Shown one piece after another: positions 19,101 to 30,767 of a stretch of DNA of 64,000 nucleotides; position 1 is the stretch's first letter; each line of letters starts with the position of its first letter. This DNA is from Macrostomum hystrix (lineage: Eukaryota; Animalia; Platyhelminthes): contig CATNEN010000039.1 in NCBI GenBank assembly GCA_950097015.1, positions 18,848,001 to 18,912,000 of the forward strand. Reading direction: 5' to 3'. Under the pieces are notes generated by a model. That model saw only the letters and a program-made list of their open reading frames with translations. It searched no databases and was not told the origin of the DNA. The position numbers and the translations under genes were made by a program.

Positions 19101-21958
19101 CCAAAGTGGCTGGGAAGGTGCGACTTGCGACACAGACATTAACGAGTGCAGCAGGCCCGGATACTGCGTTAATAGGGCCGGCTGTGACAACAGAAATGGC
19201 TCCTATGTGTGCCACTGTCTGCCAGGGTTTGACGGTGAGTCATTTGGGTTTGGGGCCAATGCAATTCGGGAGGCTGATAGAGTGTAACGTAAGTTGTAAG
19301 TCGCGTTGGTTGCAAGTACAGTAAAGTTTTCAATAAAATTAGCTGCAAGTTGCGCATGCTTAAAGTCACATAAAAAGTAACGTTTGTTATAAGTAACGTA
19401 ACTTACAGCTAACGTATGCAAGTGACGCATGTTTAAAGTTTCGTAATCTAATTTTTTTACCTCGTAACATGTGACTTGTCACTAAGTCTTGTGACTAAGT
19501 CTCCAGTAACGTAGCGAATGTAAGCAAAAAGTACCTTAACTAAAAAGTAACGTAGCCGCTAAAAAATGCCTTGCTTTAACTAGGTCCGCGCTGTGACATC
19601 AGAGTGAATCCCTGCTTAACGGAGCGACCCTGCGCCAACGGTGGTAACTGTACACTCGTGGTTGACAGCACCGGACCAATCAGCAGCTGCTCCTGCAGCT
19701 CCGGCTGGGAGGGCCGGAACTGCACCTTCGATAAAAACGAGTGCAGCTCCGGACCGTGCAGCTTTGGACAGGTGAAGCTTTTGCAATCGAACGCTGGTGG
19801 GGTCCAGTTATGCGTATGTGATCATTGTAAAGTGTCAGAGAGTTAGGACGCTTGAAATACCCAAGAAGTGGCAAAGTGGAGGACGCAAGGCTCTCAATGC
19901 ACACGTTTTAAAAAGTACTCGCAGGTAAAGGCCGTGTCATTCTTCTGTAGTAGTCCTTGCAAGCCAATTAAGACAAAGGGGTTCTGAATGATACTCGTAG
20001 GTCACATGCATTTAGGGTACAACTGTGACACTGTGAAATGATCTCCTGAACATACATTGTTGCTAAAGTGGTATTTAAGGAAGTGGAAATGACTAAAACT
20101 TTTCCCCTCGAGCCTTACAAAGTCAATGGGCGGAATCGAGCTTTGTGACCTTAGATTGATAGGCAAACGATCTCATGCCCGTGTTGCTATGGAAACACTG
20201 CAGGTCTGCGTCAACCTACCTGGTACGTATCGATGCGACCAGACCGCTGCAAGCTATTGGTGGGTGTTCCTCATTGTTGCCCTAATCATTTTGCTGGCTA
20301 TCGCTGCCATTGTCGGCTGGCGAGTGATTGTGTGCCATCAAGGACAAAAGCAAAAGAAACTGTTCGTCAGTAGCGGCAACAACGGAGCATCAGCAGTGCA
20401 ACCTAGAGGCACCTTCAAATGGCCGGTGGATGATCGGAAAACTTTTGACGACTGGAGGGACTACAGCTATAACGGTAAATCTACCTGCAAACCGAGGTGT
20501 TTTTTAGAAATTGTGCAGTCTAAAGTAAAAGCAGCTAGACTTGCAAAATAAAATCGATCGCACGACCAGGTGACAAATCACCGGCGCTGCCGCCAAGGAG
20601 TCCCAACCGAGTCAGGCTGCCAGTGAACCAGCCATCGGCAGCTGGGCCAACTCCGGCGGACGCAGAGTACAATCTGCTGCGGGCAGCAGGAGCCTCAGCA
20701 GCGCCGCGCCCAGCGACGTCTGTGCTGGACGACACTGGGATTTACACGGAATTGCGCAACTCCAAAATGCTTGGCACTGGGGAAACACGTAAGCTTTGCT
20801 GCTAAAAAAATAGCCTGGTGTGTTGCGCTCACTCACAGACAGACATGATAGGCGCGAGACATGATTGGACTAGCCCACAAGGCGAGAAAATTAGCCTTGC
20901 CTTGAACTGGGATGACAGGGTACGGTGTAGATCGCAGACAAAAAGATCTTATTCCACGAATCGATAACTGATTATAATTATAGAATCACAACACAATTAA
21001 ACTTGTGTCTAGAGATACCTAATAATATAATAATAGTTGCAGGAGGACTGCAGGCAAAGGCACATTATTGAGTAACACTAGACCTGCAGCCATCGAGGAG
21101 GCAATTCTGCCCATTTCGCTGACTCCTGAGCACACACGCACACAGATACCGCACGCAGACACGCTCACACAGGTGTGTACATCTGCCCTGACTTTCTTAT
21201 CGTCAGGCAGTGTAAACTTTCACTGTGCCTTGGAGGTTGGCCCTCGAGGGCGTAAATCGCACGAAAAGCCCCAAGCCTTCACTCCGCGGCTGCGCCCCAA
21301 ATAAATGTGGCCTCGCCGCGAAATCGAGTTTAGGGACACTCGGTGCGAGAGGCAATCGCGTTAGACCGCTCTATAGAAGTTCTATTGATCCTTAAATAGT
21401 TGAGTACAACTGCACAAGTAGATCAAATTCTTCTTGTTAACACGAATAGTCATCGATTATTTCATCCGTAATTCTTTTACAGCCGAGCCGCTAAATTCTG
21501 ACGGTCCGAGGCCTCCAGTGCCGAATGCTCCCAGACCGACTCAGCAACCAGCCGAGCCGCATTTCAGTGGCAACAGCGGCAGCGAGAGTGAATACGACAA
21601 TGGCGGCTACCTGTTTAGCAGTCCGCCCAGCCGTCCAGTCTCAAATCCCGTCTACCTCATCATGACAAACAATCCCGACGGCTATGTGCGGCCAATATCG
21701 TTTGCGAATGACGAACAGCAAGCACCGCCGCCTCAGCAGCTGCCGCCGAAGCCGCCAAAAGTGAAGCGAACCAAGCGAAAGAAGGCACCACTAGCGCCGC
21801 AACCAGAGGCGAGTGAAATTGAAGACGTTGCAACGAGTGGACCAGATGCACCGGCCATCAGCTTGCCCGAGATCCATCTGATTGACTGCGACGGGGTGGA
21901 TGCTGGGCCGCCGATCACGCTTCGCTTGAACTCTGGGGACGCCAGTGAAAGACTGTGA
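10104..21958 (+). CDS. Delta-like Notch ligand, about 1063 aa, 15 exons: 10104-10181, 10984-11126, 12681-12789, 12888-13060, 13134-13273, 13426-13551, 13654-13896, 14536-14802, 14895-15137, 18378-18635, 18977-19234, 19584-19771, 20204-20474, 20570-20788, 21483-21958
   Basis: All introns are GT-AG and phase-consistent (total 3192 nt). Domains: signal peptide MNARRSELWILSSLLLLLLLLLSRCQ; MNNL-like SDGSFNVYLSKYQNP..C; DSL CSVNYYSGLCDKFCKPTDNTVDGHYSCSSTGDKVCLQG; 13 EGF repeats, several Ca-binding (DVDEC/DINEC); TM WWVFLIVALIILLAIAAIVGW. No Serrate-type Cys-rich domain. Confidence 0.9.
11325..11460 (-). mobile_element. SINE family B fragment (homologous to 41190-41420)
   Basis: Shares GCTATTGCGCGG..GCAT, TGTTCAGTCCATGGACTGGG and GCTGGT.CCC.TTTAA with the 41.2-kb copy. 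Confidence 0.65.
11726..12605 (-). mobile_element. Non-autonomous IS630/Tc1/mariner-superfamily element with about 185-bp TIRs
   Basis: TIRs 11726-11910 and 12422-12605, with TA at 11724-25 and 12606-07. The frameshifted ORF (12383 to about 11955) has two HTH regions (SISNIARWLNV; TLKEMRRLL..LSEATVSRAL). The DDE domain is absent. Confidence 0.88.
15183..15400. repeat. 16-bp tandem repeat CGTAAGTTACAAGTAA, about 13.5 copies; sister array at 18681-18786
   Basis: Perfect 16-nt periodicity. Confidence 0.97.
15402..16431 (-). mobile_element. Solo LTR, 1030 bp, 5-bp TSD
   Basis: TG...CA ends (TGAAGAG / CTCTACA) with TTACG duplicated at 15397-15401 and 16432-16436. It is absent from the paralogous intron at 18636-18976. 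A TATA-like CTATAAATA lies on the minus strand at 16092-16084. Confidence 0.85.
16105..16350. promoter_or_regulatory. Dense transcription-factor site cluster in the putative U3 of the solo LTR
   Basis: TGA(G/C)TCA x3, CCATATTTGG x2, CTAAAAATAG x2, AACCGGTT x2, plus Fox-like TGTTTAC/GTAAACA/GCAAACA. Confidence 0.6.
16459..18258 (-). mobile_element. Mariner (DD34D) transposon, 1.8 kb, about 200-bp TIRs
   Basis: TA TSD at 16457-58 and 18259-60. TIRs begin CGAGGGCTGTCC. The empty site is visible in the paralogous intron (gttaagtta|caaataaac, about 18800-18818). Confidence 0.95.
16732..17814 (-). pseudogene. Mariner transposase with two in-frame TAA stops (17223-17221 and about 17172-17170)
   Basis: WIPRHL, TGDETW, HHDNARPH and HPPYSPDLAPADF motifs, with 34 residues between the 2nd and 3rd Asp. 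Both ORF pieces are in the same frame. Confidence 0.93.
21036..21440 (-). mobile_element. SINE family A variant with an extra 5' leader of about 70 bp
   Basis: Family A body with an (ATT)-rich tail; near-identical to 24385-24784, leader included. Confidence 0.85.
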
Positions 21959-23035
21959 CTGTGACCAAAAGTGACTGTGACTGTGACAGAACCGTGAATG
22001 CGATGGCTCGTTGAACACGATTTTATTTCTTAAACAGTGCGCCGTAACTATTACAATGTGCTTTGAAGACACTACGCCCGTCTGCTCTGGAGATCTTTAA
22101 TACTCGTTCGAATTATATTTTTGAGAACATGAGATTTAATTTAGAAAACATGGACAACTCATGGACACCTATTTTTACCATATTTTTACCCACATCGGGC
22201 TCTAGTTTGGGTGAAGCAAAGGACTGGTAGAACTTTTGACTCTGGCACTAAGGTACCTGAGTTCAAATCTGCAGTAATTCAATATTTGTCGGCAATTCGT
22301 AAGGCACAATGAGTGTTTACACTGTTATAATCATAAACATTTTTGTACAATATCCTGCTCTGTGAATATATGTTAGATGGTACGAGTATATAGTTTGTAG
22401 CATAATTTCTATTTTGTACATGATGATCACCTCTGCGTTAATTTTAGCCCTGCAAACTACACTATTCAACTGAAGATTACATCAACCTTACAGTTGCTAA
22501 ACGTTCACAAACAAATAAATTATTACTTTCTTCGTAGCCCAACATGAATGACCTTGCCTGTTGATTTTAACAAACAAAATTTATATTCACGACTAAAAGA
22601 CGTATTTCACTCATTCGTCTACTATGTTTCCTAGATGGAGAACAAATTGAAAGCAGTTTCTTAGCAAAATTTGCAAATAAAAGAAACAAGTTTTTTTATT
22701 TCAGTTTTTCTGCTAAGAAAAAAATTATCTTTTTTGTTTACTTTGACGACTGGCCGATTGTCATGGCGACCCATAAAAATTATGTAACTAGTATGAATAT
22801 AAATTAAATAACTGAATAATTATAATAATTAAATAATAACGGATTAAAGCTCACAAATTTATGACGGAAGCAGTTGCGAAGTACAAAGTCGATTTTTGTT
22901 TGAAACGGAATAGCAAAGAGCAAGCCGAACGTTATTACAAAAAGTATTTTTTGTTAAAATTTCATCAGCAAAAAATCAGTGGGCCAGGCGACTGGCAAGG
23001 GACCAAAATTTTATTATAAATTTACGCCACTTTCA

Positions 23036-26000
23036 TTAGCAAAGCTCGTGCGGTGACTGCGACACTGTCTGACGGGCGGTTTGAAAGGCCGCCACCCCCA
23101 TGAGGGGTCGTCGGGAACCAGCAGGGCTGCTTTCAGTCGCCAATTCAGCTAATCGAGCTGCTAGCGGTAGGAAGGGCCGGCGCAGACTCTCCTCGTCATC
23201 ATCTCGCATGCTCTCCGCTTCGTCGCCAACTAATTCGGATGAAGAGTGACCGTCAGCCAGTCGACTTCCTTTGTTTGTCGTCAGCGGTTGTCTAGGCGAT
23301 GCAGTGTCATCATCGTCGGATTCCTCGTCGCTGCCAACCAACGGCGCGATGTAGTGCAAATGCTGGCGCTGCTGCTGTGCCTGCTGCAGCAGCTGCGACG
23401 GAGTCAGCGGCGTTCTGAGACGCGGGCTGCCGAAATCTGCCGAGACGTTCACGCGACCGAGCGCTGGCGAACGCACAGTGCAAAACTGCGGCTGCTGCTG
23501 CTGCGTCCCTTCGCGCATCATCAGTGTTGTGTACTGAATAGGCGAGCTCGTGCTACCGCCGACGGCGCCCTCCAGGCTGCCTAAACTGGTTAGAGACGTT
23601 TGAGCCGTGCCGCCAGTGGCGCTACCTCGCTGGTTGTTGTACACCGAAGAAGCTGCATGGAGATTGGCTTAGGATGTAGAATAATCTGATCAAAGGGCCA
23701 GTGCCCGGGGTGAGTGGCAGAGCGGTCTAACGCGTTTGTCTTTTGCATTAAGGTCCTTGAGTTCGATTCCGCGGCGAGGCCACATTTTTTGGGGCGCTTG
23801 GGAATGCTTCGGGATGAGAATTATTTTGGGCTTGTGCTATTTACACCCCTTGAGAGTGTACACTGCCTCACGATGAGAAAGTCAGGGCAGATGTACACAC
23901 CTGTGTGAGCGTATGCCAGCGTACAGTATCTGTGTGAGTGTGTGCTCCGGAGTCAGCGAAATGGGCAGAATTGCCTCCTCGATGGCTGCGGCTCTATAGT
24001 CACTAAATGGTGTGCCATTGCCCGCAGCCCTCCTGCAATTATTATAATTATTATAAAGGGCTAACTCTTGAACCCAAGGTGCTCACCATGCCTGCTTCTC
24101 AGCCCGCTGACAGCGGAGCACCGGTTGCTCATCGGACCGGCGAACGGACTGTTGGAGTCGCGCGACTGAACATGGAAGCCTTCCAAGCATCGCATGATTT
24201 CGGCGAAGCTTGGCCGATGGCTGGGGTCGTTCTTCCAGCACATCAGCATTAAATGATAGCTGCAAATTGGCAATTACGTAACAGAAGCTTTCAAAATCGA
24301 CCCTTTGATAAACGATTTCTGGCCTTTTTATACACGGATTCTGTTAAATATGGTTCAATTTGGGCATAATAATAATAATAATTCTAGGAGGACTGCAGGC
24401 AAAGGCACATTATTTAGTAACACTAGACCTGCAGCCAGCGAGGAGGCTCATGCCCATTTGGCTGACTCCTGAGCACACACGCACACAGATACCGCACGCA
24501 GACACACACTCACACAGGTGTGTACATCTGCCCTGACTTTCTTATCGTCAGGTAGTGTAAACTTCACTGTGCCTTGGAGGTTGGCCCTCGAGGGCTTAAA
24601 TCGCACGAAAAGCCCCAAGCCTTCACTCCGCGGCTGCGCCCCAAATAAATGTGGCCTCGCCGCGGAATCGAGTTTAGGGACACTCGGTGCGAGAGGCAAT
24701 CGCGTTAGACCGCTCTATAGAAGTTCTATTGATCCTTAAATAGTTGAGTACAACTGCACAAGTAGATCAAATTCTTCTTGTTAATAAAATTCATCAGCTC
24801 ATGGCGCTACCTTTAGAAATTAACGCCTTCGTCCAAGGTTTGATAGATTACTGCCGGTGTCACTGAAGACTCTGCGTGCTTGTTTGACATGCAACTTACG
24901 CTCATATGAGCCGCCCCCCAAGGTACAGTGAGAGATTAAAAAAGAAGTCTCACAGCGGTTCCGGCGCATTCGACGGTTGCTCAAGGATGCCACCGCCTCG
25001 AACATAGCGAAGCACTTCGCCGTTCGATTTGCCTGCGTACGGCTGCTGTCCTAGCGTCAGGGACTCCCAGCAGAGCACACCGAAGGCCCTGCAGTTTGTC
25101 GGTTGGCACACGAAACTCTTTAGCGGCTACCTAATAGCTACCTAGCCAATAGCCACCCACATATGTGGTTTTATCTATCTACCAATTACAATCGGAATTA
25201 AGTCAATTGCAAAGTTAAGGTCAAAGTCAAGGTCTAGTCAAGGTCTAGTCAAGGTCAAGTTTCAAGCATCCATACCATACATCCGACTGAGTGGAGAACA
25301 CGCCGTCAGTTAAGGCCTCCGGAGACATCCACCGCACTGGAAGCATCGCTCTACCGACGTCTTTCTTATAATACTCGCTCCGGTACACATCTCTGGCCAA
25401 ACCGAAGTCGCCGATTTTAACTAAAAGTTCACCACAGCGCTGCGTCACTAGGCAGTTCCTGGCGGCGATGTCGCGATGAACGAACTTTTGCGCTTCCAGG
25501 TAGCAACAACCGTTGGCAACGTCGAGAATTATTTTGACGACGCTGGCCAGCCCCAGTTTGGCGCAAGGATCGCTCGTGCAACCGCGAGATCGACGCAGGA
25601 AGCCCAGTAGGTCGCCACCCTCCATGAGCTCGAGCAGCATGAAGTGCGGATCGGAGTCGACGCAAACGCCGAGGCAGCGCACAATGTGCCGATGGTCAAA
25701 GCGCGACACCAGTGCCGCTTCACGTAAGAAGTCGGCCTTTTCCTGCGCATTGGCCGTCTTCTTCACCATCTTCACGGCGCAAGGCAGCTCCTCTTCGTCA
25801 TCTTCCACGGATGCCCCGTGTGGGTGCTTGCGTGGAGCGGAACTGCGCAGACGTACGAATCCCTCAAATACCTGGCCAAACGCTCCGGAGCCCAGGAAGC
25901 GGACAACGTTCACCTGACGCTTGGAGACGCGCGTCATAACAGCGAGAAGACTTCCGGCGGCGGCGGCAACAGCTGCGGCGTCTGGCGTTGGCTGCTGACG

Positions 26001-29000
26001 ACGCAAAGCGTCCTGCAGTCGACGAAGCTCGTCCTCATCGGATGTTACGCCGAGGTCAACGTACTCTTGCGACAGTACTGGCGCCAGGGGAATTTGTACA
26101 GTGGTTGGCTTCGGGCTGCGCTCTGAATCGAAGAAGATAATTATTTTTAAGGTGCCTTAGTATCGCAAGGTATATTCACGTCATGAGCGTTACTTACTGC
26201 ATAGGAAGTAGGCAAGCAGTGGTAGCGAGCCGAGCAGCAGTATAACGAGAGCGCCCAGCAGCATCAGAGTGACGAGGCTCAGACCGACGTCTATGATTTT
26301 TTATATGGATGCGCTTGAAAACATTGCCTCGAGTTTTGCTATTAAGAAACTAAGGAGCATGTATCTTAAATCTAACTTCACAAAACGCACCTGAGTAGCG
26401 CACAGCGGATGCAGCAACTGGGATCGGTACTGGCGAGCTAGGAGCACTCTGACCCATAATGTTGATGGCGATAATTTGAACGGCGCCAGCCCAGGAAAAT
26501 GCGCTGCTGTCGCTAAGGAAGCGAGTGAGATTTGGCAGCCGTTTCGAGTAAACGATGGTGCCGTCCGATGCGTTGGCGGCCACCAGCGACAGCTCGTAGC
26601 CGAGCACAGCAGCTCCGTTGCCATTAGCCGCTTCCCAGTAGAGGCCCATTTTTTCATCGAAACGAATTTTGGATGGCGGATCGGGTGGCGTCGCTGTTGG
26701 AGGTCCCACAGGTGCGACAAAGTTCGTCGCGATTAATAATTAGACATTTTTCTCTTTAATAATAATGTAAAAACATAATTAAGGTCCTAAGCAGGGATAG
26801 TATGAAAGACCTGAGCTGTGACATTCTGAAGTCCCTACGGAGTGACATTACGAAGGCCCATGGAGTGACATTCTGAAGTCCCTAGGGAGTGACATTATGA
26901 AGACCCACGGAGTGACATTCTGAAGTCCCTAGGGAGTGACATTATGAAGACCCACGGAGTGACATTCTGAAGTCCCTAGGGAGTGACATTATGAAGACCC
27001 ACGGAGTGACATTCTGAAGTCCCTAGGGAGTGACATTATGAAGACCCACGGAGTGACATTCTGAAGTCCCTAGGGAGTGACATTATGAAGACCCACGGAG
27101 TGACATTCTGAAGTCCCTACGGAGTGATATTCTAAAGTCCCTAAAGAGTGACATTAAGAAGGCCCACGGAGTGACATTCTGAAGTCCCTACGGAGTGACA
27201 TTATGAAGGCCCACGGAGTGAAATTCTGAAGTCCCTACGGAGTGACATTCTGAAGGCTCTACGAAGGGACAGTAGAAAATCAGTTATATGATCATACCAG
27301 AGTGTACTTTTTATCCTACCTGCACTTCTAAATCGACATCCAACCAATCTTTCACTCGACTGGGTGCCTGGCAAACTGATAATTGGCTCGTAGACTCGAC
27401 CTGGTAGCAGTTTGGCACTGAAGTTCAACTTAAGTTGAATACCTGAACGGCGATTATGAATGAAGAGTTGAATTAAAACCCTGAGAAGAATCTCATTTGT
27501 TTCTAAACAGCACTCACCGCCGTCTAGTCCGGAGGCGAACATTTCCACGCTGGTTGGCGCCAGAATATTTTCCGAAGAAGTTTCCTAATAAGGGTAGACA
27601 TTTTTCTTTCTAAATATATATGAAACAGTTCCTAAAAGTTGCATTCCTGAACACTTATTTAATAATTACACAGGCATTCCCTACATAGTCTTTACTTCCC
27701 TACATTCCCTACATTCCACTGACCTGATTCTCATCATTCCACTGGCCTGATTCTCATCATTCCACTGGCCTGATTCTCATCATTCCACTGACCTGATTCT
27801 CATCATTCCACTGGCCTGACTCTCATAATTCCACTGGCCTGACTCTCATCATTCCACTGACCTGATTCTCATCATTCCACTGGCCTGACTCTCATCATTC
27901 CACTGGCCTGACTCTCATCATTCCACTGGCCTGATTCTCATCATTCCACTGGCCTGACTCTCATCATTCCACTGACCTGATTCTCATCATTCCACTGGCC
28001 TGATTCTCATCATTCCACTGACCTGATTCTCATCATTCCACTGGCCTGATTCTCATCATTCCATTGACCTGATTCTCATTATTCCACTGACCTGATTCTC
28101 ATCATTCCATTGACCTGATTCTTATCATTCCACTGACCTGATTCTCATCATTCCACTGGTCTGACTCTCATAATTCCACTGGCCTGATTATCATTATTCC
28201 ACTGACCTGATTCTCATCATTCCACTGGCCTGATTCTCATTATTCCACTCACCTGATTCTCATTATTCCACTGACCTGATTCTCATCATTCCACTGGCCT
28301 GACTCTCATAATTCCACTGGCCTGACTCTCATCATTCCACTGACCTGATTCTCATCATTCCACTGGCCTGATTATCATCATTCCATTGACCTGATTCTTA
28401 TCATTCCACTGACCTGATTCTCATCATTCCACTGGCCTGATTCTCATTATTCCACTGACCTGATTCTCATCATTCCACTGACCTGATTCTTATCATTCCA
28501 CTGACCTGATTCTCATCATTCCACTGGCCTGACTCTCATAATTCCACTGGCCTGATTCTCATTATTCCACTGACCTGATTCTCATCATTCCACTGGCCTG
28601 ATTCTCATCATTCCACTGGCCTGATTCTCATCATTCCACTGACCTGATTCTCATCATTCCACTGGCCTGACTCTCATCATTCCACTGGCCTGATTCTCAT
28701 CATTCCACTGGCCTGATTCTCATCATTCCACTGACCTGATTCTTATCATTCCACTGGCCTGATTCTCATCATTCCACTGGCCTGACTCTCATCATTCCAC
28801 TGGCCTGATTCTCATCATTCCACTGGCCTGACTCTCATCATTCCACTGGCCTGATTCTCATCATTCCACTGACCTGATTTTCATCATTCCACTGGCCTGA
28901 TTCTCATCATTCCACTGGCCTGACTCTCATCATTCCACTGGCCTGACTCTCATCATTCCACTGGCCTGATTCTCATCATTCCACTGGCCTGACTCTCATC

Positions 29001-30732
29001 ATTCCACTGGCCTGATTCTCATCATTCCACTGACCTGATTTTCATCATTCCACTGGCCTGATTCTCATCATTCCACTGGCCTGACTCTCATCATTCCACT
29101 GGCCTGATTCTCATCATTCCACTGGCCTGACTCTTATCATTCCACTGACCTGATTCTCATCATTCCACTGGCCTGACTCTCATCATTCCACTGGCCTGAC
29201 TCTCATCATTCCACTGGCCTGATTCTCATCATTCCACTGGCCTGACTCTCATCATTCCACTGGCCTGATTCTCATCATTCCACTGACCTGATTTTCATCA
29301 TTCCACTGGCCTGATTCTCATCATTCCACTGGCCTGACTCTCATCATTCCACTGGCCTGATTCTCATCATTCCACTGGCCTGACTCTTATCATTCCACTG
29401 ACCTGATTCTCATCATTCCACTGGCCTGACTCTCATCATTCCACTGGCCTGACTCTCATCATTCCACTGGCCTGATTCTCATCATTCCACTGGCCTGACT
29501 CTCATCATTCCACTCACCTGATTCTCATCATTCCACTCACCTGATTCTCATCATTCCACTCACCAGATTCTCATCATTCCACTCACCTGATTCTCATCAT
29601 TCCACTGACCTGATTCTCATCATTCCACTGACCTGATTCTCATCATTCCACTCACCTGATTCTCATCATTCCACTCACCTGATTCTCATCATTCCACTCA
29701 CCTGATTCTCATCATTCCACTCACCTGATTCTCATCATTCCATTGACCTGATTCTCATCATTCCACTGGCCTGACTCTCATCATTCCACTCACCTGATTC
29801 TCATCATTCCACTCACCTGATTCTCATCATTCCACTCACCAGATTCTCATCATTCCACTCACCTGATTCTCATCATTCCACTGACCTGATTCTCATCATT
29901 CCACTGACCTGATTCTCATCATTCCACTCACCTGATTCTCATCATTCCACTCACCTGATTCTCATCATTCCACTCACCTGATTCTCATCATTCCATTGAC
30001 CTGATTCTCATCATTCCACTGGCCTGACTCTCATCATTCCACTGGCCTGACTCTCATCATTCCACTGACCTGATTCTCATCATTCCACTGGCCTGACTCT
30101 CATCATTCCACTGGCCTGACTCTCATCATTCCACTGGCCTGATTCTCATCATTCCACTGGCCTGACTCTCATCATTCCACTCACCTGATTCTCATCATTC
30201 CACTCACCTGATTCTCATCATTCCACTGACCTGATTCTCATCATTCCACTGACCTGATTCTCATCATTCCACTCACCTGATTCTCATCATTCCACTTACC
30301 TGATTCTCATCATTCCACTGGCCTGATTCTCATTATTCCACTCACCAGATTCTCATCATTCCACTCACCTGATTCTCATCATTCCACTGACCTAATTATT
30401 ATCATTCTACTGGCCTGATTCTTTAATTATTATCCTTTTAGAAATCCATTTTATAGATAATAATAATGTAATGAAGAAATATAATTTAGCTACCCGTAGC
30501 AGCATGGTGGTATTGGACTCTGCTGGCCTGTACACCTCAGCAGTAACGTAGCCGACTGATACGCCAGTTAGTGAGGCCATGATTGACGTCGAGTTGTAGC
30601 ACAGACGTCTGAAGCCAGATTCAATCACGACCGATAGACCTCTTCCAACCATGGATCTCGAAGTGCGTTGCATTTGACCGTTTGCGCGCTCGACTAGAAC
30701 TGAAGCTAGACTATAGTTGATCGACCTCTGGC

Positions 30733-30767
<35 letters not shown>

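Noticed and set aside
23705-23780. tRNA-like A/B boxes as tRNA genes (also about 22220-22275, 31720-31795, 35130-35200)
   Set aside because: No complete cloverleaf is present; they are SINE heads or decayed SINE heads.
26817-30420. Regular repeat arrays as possible CRISPR
   Set aside because: There are no unique spacers and no cas genes, and the context is a eukaryotic intron.
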